This document shows positions 26,190 to 38,006 of a stretch of DNA of 64,000 nucleotides, one piece after another. The notes under the pieces are model-generated. The model had not been told where the DNA came from and searched no databases. It saw nothing but the letters and a program-made list of their open reading frames with translations. Origin of the DNA: Botryllus schlosseri (lineage: Eukaryota); NCBI GenBank assembly GCA_051294905.1, contig CM119382.1, positions 11,532,001 to 11,596,000 on the forward strand. Direction: 5' to 3'. Each line of letters opens with the position of its first letter. The first letter of the stretch is position 1. The translations under genes were made by a program, and so were the position numbers.

Positions 26190-27370
26190 CAGGGGTCGCC
26201 AACTCAAAATGGGTCGCGGGCCACTTTTCCGAATTCCTAGAGGCCGCGGGCCGCAGGACATCAATATCGATATAATAGTAGCCAACGCAGTTCAACAACC
26301 AGATCTGATAACTCTACGTTATTACACTGCTGTGCCCTCTTACATGGGCGACGGTTATAGTCACCACAAAGAAATAATATTTTATTGAACAAACACAAAT
26401 ATAATAAAAAGTATCATGATCATCAATTTCGTTATATTTTGAACTATGAGCTGTACACGATACCTGACAACACTCTGTTGCCGCTAAAACAGGGGTGGCC
26501 AACATTTTTGCTATTCATGGCCGCATTTCGATTACTCATTTAGCCTGCGGCCGCATACCGGTGGTTAGTCGTAATAAACTAGCTGGGGCCAAATGCCCAG
26601 GTTAAATTGTCTATGTCCATAGCTGGTACACTCCGAACTAATCAATTTATACATATCGGCTTACTAAGCGCACCGAAATCGTTAGTAGTTATGTTGTAAA
26701 GAGCCATCGGAAACCGCGGTCTGTAGTCGCGCGAAGCGCGAAAAATTTTTCATGTTCATTAGTGAATTTCGTCAATATTCGTATAGTTTCACATATTACT
26801 ATAAAATATTTATCCTTTCTCGGCCAATGTGATCAGATTCACCGATAGAGCTGATGCAGGGCGTATCTTAGAAAACGTAGGGTTGTTATCAAAAGTGTCG
26901 ACAGCCGCATAATTTCCCTTCTACTACCGCAGAGGGCCACCCCTGGATTAAAAAATCAATATTTGGGTTAGCTAGACACGGTAGGCCTGCTTGCTAGACA
27001 ACTATCTCCTCGTAAAGCATAGTTTTTTGGAGAGTCCGAAGTTGTTTTTCCCGCGTCTCGCTCTTGGCAGTCGTGGGCCATTGCACGTCAAGGCAATATA
27101 TTATGCCCATTCGTACCAGCAAATTCTTCATCCAGGGAATGATGTTACCATGCCGTAACCGTATCAACTAGTAAGGAATAGTGATATTGGGCACAGTATA
27201 ATGGCTTACTTTGAACAACAACAACATTATGTTTCAATTGAAATAAATTTCAGCGTTTCAAAATGATTTACTAAGCGTTTTTCTGAAATTTTTTCAAATC
27301 AGGTCGCGGGCCGCAAAATAGGACCTCGCGGGCCGCATGCGGCCCGCGGGCCGCGTGTTGGAGACCCCTG
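26190..27370. mobile_element. hAT MITE with GCGGGCC arrays
   Basis: TIR CAGGGGTCGCCAAC / GTTGGAGACCCCTG; perfect TSD GTGTAGTG. Confidence 0.9.
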
Positions 27371-29224
27371 GTGTAGTGTGTATGTGTCTATAGGCTACAT
27401 CTCAAGTTGAACGTAAACTTGTAAACAAGCAAGGTTTGAAAGCGACGAATGCTTGTCGCCTGCGTGATTTCGTGCCTGGTGTTCGTTTGCAAATGTCAGT
27501 TGCGGTCGTCAATTCTTACAGTGGTTTTACACTATGTCATTATTAGCCACAACAGGGTGCCTTGCAAATAGTAATCTTCATTTACATGGACCCTAAAGCT
27601 GATGCAATTACAAAAAAATGCACACGCACAAGTACTTGTCCACCGCATCGGTTGGTTACCGTTAAAGGGAGCGTAAATTATATAATATCTAATATATTAG
27701 CTAATTTTAGGTATTTTTTCATTTAGTGATTCACAAATCACGTATTAATCTTGGAATTCAAGGTGAAGGCCGTATTTTTCTAGAAACACGGTATAGCTTG
27801 TCATAGTTATTCCGACCGGTGCGTAAAATGTAATTTGGAAATTAGGGATGTTGCGAACTCCCGTCGCTCGTATGCGGTATGCGAAACTCGAACCTTAAAG
27901 CTGTACTTCATGTTTTTTTTTTGAAATAGCAGAATTTTACAGCAATTTTAGCATTATGTGTTCCTTATTTCTCGAATTACAACTTACTATCACACACTCT
28001 GCGGAAACAGTAAGAAAGGAACATGATCAGTTGATCACCAAACTAACAAAAAACTAAGACAATCGAAAATTATATTGATTCTCGACAATTTTGTAGAAAA
28101 ATAACATTATTCTGGGTGCGAAAAATTTAAATATACTCGCATGCGTCACCGCTACATGCTTGAGTCGGAAACAGACTAGACGAAATTGAGAACGTGTATT
28201 CCCACGCACGCGTTCGCGGCGTCTTAAAAAAGCCTAGAAGTGGCCCCTGCTACAAGTCGGTAAATACGGAATCATAATAAATAATATCGGCCTGGTGTTA
28301 AATGACCAATGTAGTCGAAACATCATGTATATAATAAACAAATAAACAAACGAGCAAAGTTGGTTAATTATTGCTGTTGAAGCCACAAATGATAATTGGA
28401 TCCCGCGATGCCAAATTACTCCGTAGCGTTGAAGATTCTCTGGACAGCCCGACAATACTGATACTGAGTGCGAATAAGGGGTATTTGTGTACCGAATATA
28501 AATAACATTTTTTTATAAGATAATGATCGGACATTTCCGCTCTGGTCATATTGTCAAAAGTGACTATGACTATATTACAGGACGGCCGAAAAGCAAGCAT
28601 GATTTGTTTGTAATTTAATTTTTAATTCAATTTTGGTTAAATAATAAAATTTGTGACGCCACATATTGTCATATGTTTGTGTCCACGTTCGTGCTCATAG
28701 CGAATCTTATATAAAAGTTCGTGAACCTTTTTGGGTCCCCGACATCCCTAATATTTACTCTATTGGTTATCATACAGCAGAGGCCTACTAACTACTCCCG
28801 TCACGAGGTTATCAAAAATACCTCTCAACATTTCAAACCGTCTCCAAAGCGATTGATGCGTGTGAGACATTCATTGCTTTGTCTACACATAAGGGATGAA
28901 TAGTCCATATCATATCACGGCGCAGTTTCGTCTGCAGAAATCTGCGCTGTCGGACAGAAGGGAGGTGAACAATCGTGACGCGTCCGTTCAATTTCCAGTT
29001 GAAAGAACTCTGCGTGCCGTGATAAGAACCTTTATGACGAATCCTGGACATAAATATGGTACTACAGGTTATGTCACATAACTTGGAACTATATTTATCG
29101 ACACTCACATACTGTTTCGCCCGATTACCATGCCACAGAGTTATTTGAACTTTGCCGTCTTATATGTGGCTCTATAGAATCAGTATCTCCAGTGAGTAGG
29201 CTACATAAGGGAATACCGGAAGAA

Positions 29225-29291
29225 ATGAACTTCGGCATAAGTAATAGCGACGTTTCCAGAACAGGATTGCTATTATTGGCCATAATATCAG
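29225..29291 (+). CDS. Type-I membrane protein, putative exon 1 (signal peptide)
   Basis: ATG-NFGISNSDVSRTGLLLLAIIS-G|GTATTC, phase 1; joins 31353 to give ...LLLLAIISVGNA-SG. Confidence 0.5.
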
Positions 29292-29396
29292 GTATTCTAA
29301 ATTCTGATGCATGACGCGACTTCCCATGTGAAGACTATTCTAACATCGTTGATGTAGACAGCGAAGGAAATTTTGGCGACTGCCGAAAACACAAGG

Positions 29397-30052
29397 GGTG
29401 TTCAAAAATGACTTTTTTCAAATTGTATTGGCTAGTTGATAAAATTGTTAGGTTACCTAATTTAAGCTTACATACAAAATTTGGTTCTATTCCAGCCAGT
29501 CACCGCTTTGCTACAGGAGAAGAAAGTTTGTATTTATTATATGAAAATAAATAATATAAAATTTGAAAATTTTCTGTTCACCCCATGAAAGTGTTAGGCT
29601 GCCTATAGAAACGATCGTCACCAAATTTGGTTCAATTCCAACCAGTGGAAGCGGAGTTATTGCCGTCGAAAAATTTTGATTTCAATAAAATAGTATTTAC
29701 GGTGAGCACAACTATAATAAATAAACTAAGAATCGGTCACCGTAAATACTATTTTATTCAAATCCAAATTTTTCGACGGCAATAACTCCGCTTCCACTGG
29801 TTGGAATTGAACCAAATTTGGTGAGCATCGTTTCTATAGACAGCCTAACACTTTCATGGGGTGAACAGAAAATTTTCAAATTTTTATATTATTTATTTTT
29901 ATATAATAAATAGAAACTTTCTTATCCTGTAGCAAAGCGGTTACTGGCTGGAATTAAACCAAATTTTGTGTGTAGGCTTAAATTAGGTAACCTAACAATT
30001 TTATCAAGTAGCCAGTACGATTTGAGAAAAAAAAATCATTTTTGAAGAGCCC
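29397..30052. repeat. Foldback element: about 310-bp inverted arms around a 31-nt spacer
   Basis: 29397-29705 is nearly the reverse complement of 29737-30052. Single-arm relatives near 17839 and 53640-53950. Confidence 0.92.
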
Positions 30053-30968
30053 TGCACACCTATTTTAGTGCAATTCCAACCTATAGAAGCATTGCTATAA
30101 GAGAAAAAAGTTTCAAATTTATTTAACCCTATAGCAATGCCGCTATAGGTTGGAATTGAGCCAAAACTGGTGTGCAGCGCTTTTATGGGTAGCCTAACAA
30201 TTTTATCAAGTAGCGAGTATAATCTAAAGAAAAAAGTCAATTTTGAACAGCCGCAACAGTTTCATATTGCCTATCTATATAACCTTATCATACGATTCAT
30301 TTCACCTTTCCCCCTAAAATTAAGTTTAAAGATGTCCTACTCAAATACGATATTTTAGCAGTAATATTCCAGCACATAAATAAATATCCAAATTATCATC
30401 CATCAGCTATTTCTAGATCTTCTAGCCCCTGTCATCCATATATGAGTATCCGACGGAGACAAATATCTCAGGGATGATATATAGGTGTATAACATTGTGC
30501 CTTTTAGATTCGCTATAGGGCGGTAAGTAGGTTACTGACTTACATAACAAATTTAATATTATTTTTTGTATTATATATAGGCTGTTCAGTGTTCAGTTTT
30601 CCTGCAATAACTTGTTCGTAGATACAAATTGATTCTTAATGAACATAGACATACACATACACATTTTCTTTGATATGATTGTGCTATGGCTCGATAACGT
30701 TGGGCTTCCTTCGCATCTCTAACGTCCAAGTACTTCTTATGTTCTCTTCCACCTTCATTTCTTTCTCTATACCACGCGTTTCGCGGAGTCTTGTACATTT
30801 AAAATAATGTTATCATTGTCTTATGCCTAGCTACCGCTAAATTGTATTTGCATCGTATTTCGAATTGTTCCATAATACTGTGTGTTGTTTTTCTTTTCGT
30901 TCCTTATTTATTTATTTATTAGTTATCAACTGTGATAATTCTGTTGTCCTGGGTGGTTTGGCTCTGAA

Positions 30969-30970
<2 letters not shown>

Positions 30971-31006
<36 letters not shown>
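30971..31006. repeat. (CT)18 microsatellite
   Basis: Read directly from the sequence. Confidence 0.97.
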
Positions 31007-31010
<4 letters not shown>

Positions 31011-31352
31011 TGCCATTCTGCTACATAGAATGTATACGCGAAAATTTAAATTCTGTAAGTGGGGTGGGGTGAAGATAGGTGAGTAATGGTGATGATGACA
31101 GCAAAATTTCGAGATTAATGTAATCTTTCTTAATACACGGAAATAAATATATGCATTTGCGAAAAAATAACAGAATCATATTTTGCAAAAGCTTATTCAA
31201 GTCGATCCACTCGTATCGGCTCTTCCCATTTACGTAATACGCGTTCTGAGTGTACGCAATATTATCAACATACATTGGAATATCAAAACTGGATAACGAA
31301 TTTAATGACAGCACTTCAGCGTTTGTCTTCAGGATAAATCGTTCTCTTTCAG

Positions 31353-31541
31353 TCGGCAATGCTTCAGGAAGAAAGAAAAAGATCTTGGACCGATCGGGAG
31401 GGGACATCCAGATCCGCGGTAAATTGTCCAAACATGAACACCGATACCGCTACCCTGGTAAATATTGGGATTACGAGAAGATGGTCCACGTAGTCATCGA
31501 CGTATATAATGTATCACGAGGAGACAGAATCGAACTGACCG
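31353..31541 (+). CDS. Type-I membrane protein, exon 2 (first half of CUB-like domain)
   Basis: Acceptor TTCTCTTTCAG, donor G|GTGAGC, 189 nt, phase 1-1 and open: ...YRYPGKYWDYEKMVHVVIDVYNVSRGDRIELT. Confidence 0.65.
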
Positions 31542-31646
31542 GTGAGCTTCGTTCGATTTTGCCGTTATAAACTTTTGCGGAATCAGAGCGACTGTCGCTT
31601 CAAATACTGACGTTTTGAATTTTAAGTTGTGGTCGTCGGTAATAAG

Positions 31647-32505
31647 TAGGGCGATTTTTTTAACCTAAAAAACGGAAGATTTTGACCTAAAAAATCAAAC
31701 TTTTGACATTTTTTGCTCTTAAAAAACATAATTTTGACCTAACATATGCAAATTAGGTGTTTTTCCACATCATGTTACAAGTGTACTACTTATCTTCATT
31801 TCCGGTTCGAACTATCTGTCCTTACGAAGTAGTTTGGCCAGAAAAAACTTTTTTGACTCAAAAACTGACAAATTTGGTACATGCAAAAACTTTATTTTAA
31901 CCGAATCTGGCCCCATGAAGAATTCCAGTAGTTACATCACGTATTGCGGTAGAGATAATTAAAATTTGTTGTAGTACAACGAAAGATAATTTCCTGCATT
32001 CTCGGGTAGAAAGTGTCTGTCCTTACTAAGTAGCTTGCCCAGAATGGAGAAAGAACGGTTAATAGCAGCAGTTGTTGGCTGACAACACTGAATTTGTGCG
32101 TGCGTACAGCCGTACAGTAGTACACTGCTAGTGACACACCGTGTTGCTTCATTCTGATAATGGTGTCTGCATCACGATTTTTCGTCATGCGCTTCATGAT
32201 ATAAGAACCACGCAATGCCCACGCAGTCTTGCTTCAGTTAGGATATTGCGGTACGTTGAGCATAATACCAGGTCTACCTATTTGTTTCATTTCAATGTTT
32301 ATGATTCACAATGAGCAGACAATGGGCCGTCTACAACGGTAGGCGTAAGGCTAAAAGCTGTAAAATGTCAAACGATAACTTCACCGACAGTGCAAAATCT
32401 ACAATACAAACGAAATGCAGGTTGCAAAAAACTTTTGATTTTTTGACCTACCACTGCAATTTTGTCCTAATTTTGACTTTTTTGACATGTAAAAAAATCG
32501 CTCTA
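31647..32505 (-). mobile_element. hAT deletion derivative (same family as 23453)
   Basis: TIR TAGGGCGATTTTT / AAAAATCGCTCTA; TSD GTAATAAG / TTAATAAG. Confidence 0.88.
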
Positions 32506-33002
32506 TTAATAAGATATTGCCCCAATGGTTGGCAGCCTGTATTCTGAAATTGGAATGAAAAAATTTCACACCTCGTCACGTCTCACCTAATTTTATGGAA
32601 TCAGCGAACAGGATATCATAAATATCATTTCTGTCAATGATTTTTCGTAACAGCGCCGGCTGACAAAATATCACTGATTATAATTATAATCGGGTGTCCT
32701 GTAATTTACTCCAGTCAAGACACACAAATGTACAAATGCGATGAACGTAACATGGTTTAATAGTCTAATTTCCACCGCGGCCTTCTGGTATTAGGCTTAA
32801 TGCCCAACTTGACAATGTTCGATCATTCGGCTAATTTGTGTATAGGCCCGCAGGTTCCCAGCTCCTGGACTGCATTAGACAATGCCCGGTTGCGCGATAT
32901 GATTTTCCGTTTTTGTTTATAAGGATTCCCCCATTCGACAAAAAAGAAGAATGTTGGTGAAATTTAGAGAATATTCCAGATGATAAAGTTGTTCATTCAC
33001 AG

Positions 33003-33239
33003 GCGCCGGCGTCGTCAACTCCAGTTCGTGTTTCTATCTCACCCAATACGTCGACGCGGTTCAAAGACTTTACACCACCGCCTGTTCGATGGATAAAGAA
33101 ACGGTCGGGCGTACGGGATGTCGTGCGATCCGGAACGTAGCTAAACTTTGGATCAACGTGAGCACTGCAGCCTCGTCCGTTAGGAAGAAGCTATTTCGCA
33201 TACGTTACTCCTTGCGTGAATGCAACGCGTATAACGCAG
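33003..33239 (+). CDS. Type-I membrane protein, exon 3 (second half of CUB-like domain)
   Basis: Acceptor TTCATTCACAG, 237 nt, phase 1-1, open, 4 Cys: SSCFYLTQYVD...LWINVSTAASSVRKKLFRIRYSLREC. The donor GTGATG is weak. Confidence 0.6.
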
Positions 33240-33885
33240 GTGATGTCGCCTACTAGTAAATGAAGACACCTTTAAGACTTCAAAGCTCAGTCAAACCGTA
33301 TGATCAAGTTCGACGCGAAGGCATCGTATCGACAATTCTAATACGATATTGTCCTGAAATAAGCCTACAGGCATATTGGAGTAGCCAGGATGTATGAAAT
33401 TATTAGGGGAGTTGCTCAGTTTTATCAAAGCCATGACGTCGCGAATGTATTGTGGAAAATACATGTAGGATATTTAGAGGTGGCAAAGGCACGTTTCACC
33501 GCCCTGGATACTCCACTAGGTATAGGAGAACGTTGTTTACACCTGAAAGTGAGAATATAATTAACATAAGGTAAGTCTGTCAACTTGTGGAGTTTCTGTT
33601 GAAATTGTTCGTAAGATATACTTGATGGTATTGTTGTAAGAAATGTGAAAAAGATATTAATCCTTATATTTGTTGACTACTCATTTGCCTTTTTCGAGAC
33701 AATATAGTCAGCCATTTCGGGAGTATTTAGCAACATTTACCAAAGCTGACTTTTACGCACCCACAAACGTCTCCTGTCCTTCACCTAGCCTACATCAATG
33801 TTTAGCTTATGCTATGATGGAGAACTCATTCAAAGCCGCAATATTGCTATGCAAGATTATTAACATAAGATGTATCTGAATACAG

Positions 33886-33978
33886 GCAACGCTGCCACTT
33901 CATCAATATCTTCCACGACCAAGTCCGAATCCAAGACAGGCTCGACGCCGGTGACACCTCGGGAATCTTCAACGTACA
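33886..33978 (+). CDS. Type-I membrane protein, exon 4 (S/T-rich stalk)
   Basis: AG|...|GTAAG, 93 nt, phase 1-1: NAATSSISSTTKSESKTGSTPVTPRESSTY. Confidence 0.72.
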
Positions 33979-36153
33979 GTAAGGCAATCAATTTATTTAT
34001 ACAGATTCTTTATTCGCGTGAGCAATTGAGCATGTGCGTTGTAACCGAGATTGGGCGAGCAAAGCGATAGTTCGTGTGGGCTACACCCGCCTTTCTTTGT
34101 CAATACATCCGCAGCATATTTCGAATTTACATGGCATGATTCTCCGTTAATGACATCAAATGGCTAATTACGTAATGATGATGATTCAGGGCGCGGTTGT
34201 CAGGATTTCACTTGACAAAAATTTACACTGAAAAGGATTTCGTCTCCAAACCTGCGGAAGTAGAAGTGGAACGGGGATATATGATCGATATATACAGTGA
34301 TGTAGAAACCTAAAACAAAACTAGTTGGGCTAGTTATGCAAAGAGAAAACCGACGTTTGAATAGTCGAATATAACGTAGGCTATAGCCTGCGTCGTTATG
34401 TACCGCCTTTGTACAAGTACATGTATCTGATTAATGATATATATACGTATATATAGCCTACATATACGTAGAGCTCTACACGTAATGTAGAATGTAGTTT
34501 ATATAAATGCAATAACCCCGAAATTTCCCTGGTAGCACAAAACTGATTTGTGACAAGGCATGACGGTGACGGTGTGTGTTGTGAGTATTTTGCACTATTC
34601 TTGCAGCGACATCTTACGGTGAGAAGAAGACAGATCTCATCGTGAACCATCGGTTTTTGCTTCCGCCAGCAGAAATGGGTATGAAACCTACCTTGTAATA
34701 ACCGTAATAAATCCACAAAGGTTTTAAATTGAAGATATTACAGCAATTCGTCTGGAGCTGGACGGTCTCTATCCTGGCACCATTTGAATCTCATCTTGAG
34801 TTGAAATAGGCCAGTGATTCATCTTTTCCTTTACTAACATGCGGAACACAGTCGCGTGATACCAAGTTCTTAATTGAAGACGAGCTCATAAATATTGGAG
34901 ATAGAATTGACATTTCAGTGGACGGGGTTTCAATTTAGAGCCCTGATCTCCCCTGCGTACGCCACAGCACACCACGTACCACCACAGCCGTCACAATTCG
35001 ACTACTGACCGGGCCTAACTACCCGCGACCACCATGACTGGCATATAACAAATCATATGAGTTGATTGTGTGTCTTGATCTCCACGGAACCCTCCGAGAC
35101 TAGCTCGCGGAACACTACGGGTTCCATGGAACACCGGTCAAAAACTTCTGAAATAGGAGTTCACGTTCACATTTCCAGCGATGCATTGTCCGGGTTTCTC
35201 GATCACGGGTAGGCTATAAACTATAAAGGAATATCGGCTGGCTATCAAGCGTCCAGTCCGTCTTTGTGTTCTAATATATTATGATGCAGTTCTGCGCCGA
35301 CATGACCAGATCTGCTTATCAAAATTCACTGAATCGTTTAAATTTCTCCATGCAGTCTTATTTCCACATTGTAGCGTATCCTTTGGTATTGCAAAATGAT
35401 GAAACACATAAGTGGATGAGTAACTCGGACCTCGTGACCAAGAGTCGTGTATGCTAACGTAGCCTGACGTAGCAGAGCTGAAACGTTAAAAGTATGGAGA
35501 TGGCAACACACTTTCATTATCGAGATGACATGACACGTTCGTGTCAACATAGTGTTCTATAGGACACTACGGTGTCAACGTCGCAACTTATGCAATGTAA
35601 TGGCGCTGAGTCGGTCTGCTTACGCCTTGCCCATGTTTTTTTAAGCAATGACGTCACGAATATTCGAGGGTGACGTCATAGGGGGTTAACATTGACAATT
35701 GGAAATATGGGGTAAACATAGCCCCTTTGACGAAAAGGGCTTCCAATCCCCGTCATGTACGGACTAAAAACATCTTTTACAAGGACTACATCGACATGCA
35801 GCAATTTGTGCGGTCATCATCATCCAACATTCATTCTGTACCAACGATCTATAATCTATAACTACGTACTATAGCTGCTGAACCGACTATTTCGCGGGTT
35901 CCAATCTTCCCACATCGTGTACGTCTGCTATAGGGTGGTATTCGTCCGTAGGCACATACATCATGTTTTTTGGAAAGTATATTTTCACAATTATGGCATC
36001 ATTATATATAACTTGAAAAAAAACATTTTTTCAAATGCCCTCTGTTTGAAACAATGATTAAAACATGTTTTAAACACAGTGTTTTAAACAACCATTTGCT
36101 TTAATTGCAACTCTAGTGGTTGTGTTCTCAGACGCTGGCGTGTATTTTTGCAG

Positions 36154-36295
36154 AGCGGACGACGGTCGACAACGTGACGCCGGTCGTGCATTGTCCAGAC
36201 TGTGATTTGAAGTCTCTTCTGCTAGCTGCCGGCCTCTCTGTGGCTGGTGTAATACTCATCATAATTATGATCGTGCTAAAACGTTGCTGCAAGAG
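36154..36295 (+). CDS. Type-I membrane protein, transmembrane exon
   Basis: TTTTTGCAG|...|GTAAG, phase 1-2: ...VHCPDCDLK-SLLLAAGLSVAGVILIIIMIVL-KRCCKR. Confidence 0.85.
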
Positions 36296-36406
36296 GTAAG
36301 TTTTGTATGCTTTGAAGTAGTTTCGTAATTGCTTTTCGTATATATGTACTATTGTGCGGAAATTTTTGGCGCTACTTCTCACCGGTTATTTCCTAGCGAT
36401 ATAGAT

Positions 36407-37106
36407 CGGGGGTCGCCAACACGCGGCCGGCGAGGTCATATTTTGCGGCCCGCGCTCTGATTTGAGATTTCGGAAGAGTGATAAGTTAAGCATTTAGAAA
36501 TGCTGAAAATTATTTCAGTTTCACAATATTGTTGTTGCTGTTGTTTAAAAATAAGCTATTCGCCTGAGCCCAACATCACTATTCCTCACTATCTAAAACG
36601 GCTTCGACGCTGCCAACAGCATGCTATCGAGGGAGAATCAGCCGATATGAATGGAGATATTGGCTTGACGTTCAGTGAACCAGACACTGCCAAGACCAAG
36701 ACGCTTAGAAAACGGCTTAGGGCTTTCCCGAAAGATCAAGCTTTCGGAAGAGACAGCCTTTCAGCTAAAGCGTGTCTCGCCAGCCCCAATATTGATTCCT
36801 TATAGTGCTTGGTCGATGAAAAGCGTTGCCTGGTGTCGCGCGAAGCTTATAGTACAAAATAAAATGAAATTGATTATCATGATATTTCTTGTTGTATATG
36901 TAATACTTTTATCAAGTATTGCTTCTTCTGTGGTAACTATGACAGTCGCCAATGTCAGGGAGCACAGCGGTGTACTGGCGTAAAGTTTTAAAAACGTGGT
37001 TGCTAAACTGTATGGCACTTTTGTCTCAATATTGCATTCTTGCGGCCCGCGGCCACTATGAAATTTAAAAAGTGGCCCGCGGCTCGTTTCGAGTTGGCGA
37101 CCCCTG
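36407..37106. mobile_element. hAT MITE in intron
   Basis: TIR CGGGGGTCGCCAAC / GTTGGCGACCCCTG; TSD ATATAGAT / ATATAGAC. Confidence 0.88.
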
Positions 37107-37162
37107 ATATAGACCAAACAGGCTCCGTTTAATAATCGCCAAAATTTCACGTTCGATTTCAG

Positions 37163-38006
37163 AAAACGCGTAGGGAAACAAAGTGTCTCGTGGTCTCAAC
37201 GGGAAATAAGCGTCATGTCTATCGGAAGCCGAACTTCAGAGACATATTTCGCAGAGTCAGGAGGTCCAGACTCCAGCCAGTTGCCGGGAAGATATATATT
37301 CAGCCCGCCTTTGCAGCGACACGCATGCGAAACAACGCCGAAATTCACCACATTCAGCAGCGACGAAGACCTTTCGAACACTGCCGCTGTATCCTCACGA
37401 AGATACGAAAATTGGCCCGATCGCGTCCCACAGAAGTTCTCAGAGTCAAATATTTATGTTGATAGCAAGCAAGGCCTTGGTGAAGACCAGGCTTTGGCCT
37501 ATGCCGTGGCGCCAGTACCTTCTGTCTCATCTGATCACAAAGCCGCCGGTTTCTCGGGATCGCTGGCTCTGCTATTAAACAGTCGGCCGTTAGGTGATTA
37601 CATGCCACCAATGACTCCCGTATCAATCGAAGACGAGGATGACGATTCTCGTTATAATATGGAGCGTGGGGAATTACATCCCGACCTTCACCAAATGAGC
37701 GACAATGACTATTTCGTTGTGAATGACACGCAAAACCGCCACGCAGATGAAGAATTTTGTTCTCTTGCGATGTCTAGCGACAAGGTAGTTTCTATGACTA
37801 AGGAAAATAGTGGTCGACAAAAAGATCACACTTACGTGAACGTACTGCAGCGAATAGACGAAAATAGTGAAACGCAACCGTGGGACGCGTACGAGGAAAT
37901 GGGAGGGTGTGGAAATCTATCTGCGCGAAAAGATAAAAGAAGCAGCTACGTTTCCATGGCAGAGATCAGAAATCAAATGAACATGGCCGGAATTACGCGG
38001 AAATAA
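37163..38006 (+). CDS. Type-I membrane protein, last exon (about 280-aa Tyr-rich cytoplasmic tail)
   Basis: Acceptor GATTTCAG|A, phase 2, in frame with the supplied ORF 37215-38006; AATAAA at 38023-38028. Confidence 0.88.

Noticed and set aside
32654-32952. Two possible extra phase-1 exons (32654-32746, 32854-32952)
   Set aside because: Donors are weak, and they would interrupt the CUB-like continuity between 31541 and 33003. Not supportable without transcripts.
36130-36205. Ig-like DAGVYFC motif
   Set aside because: It lies in a frame that stops after about 24 codons and overlaps the acceptor of the TM exon; no other Ig strands are present.
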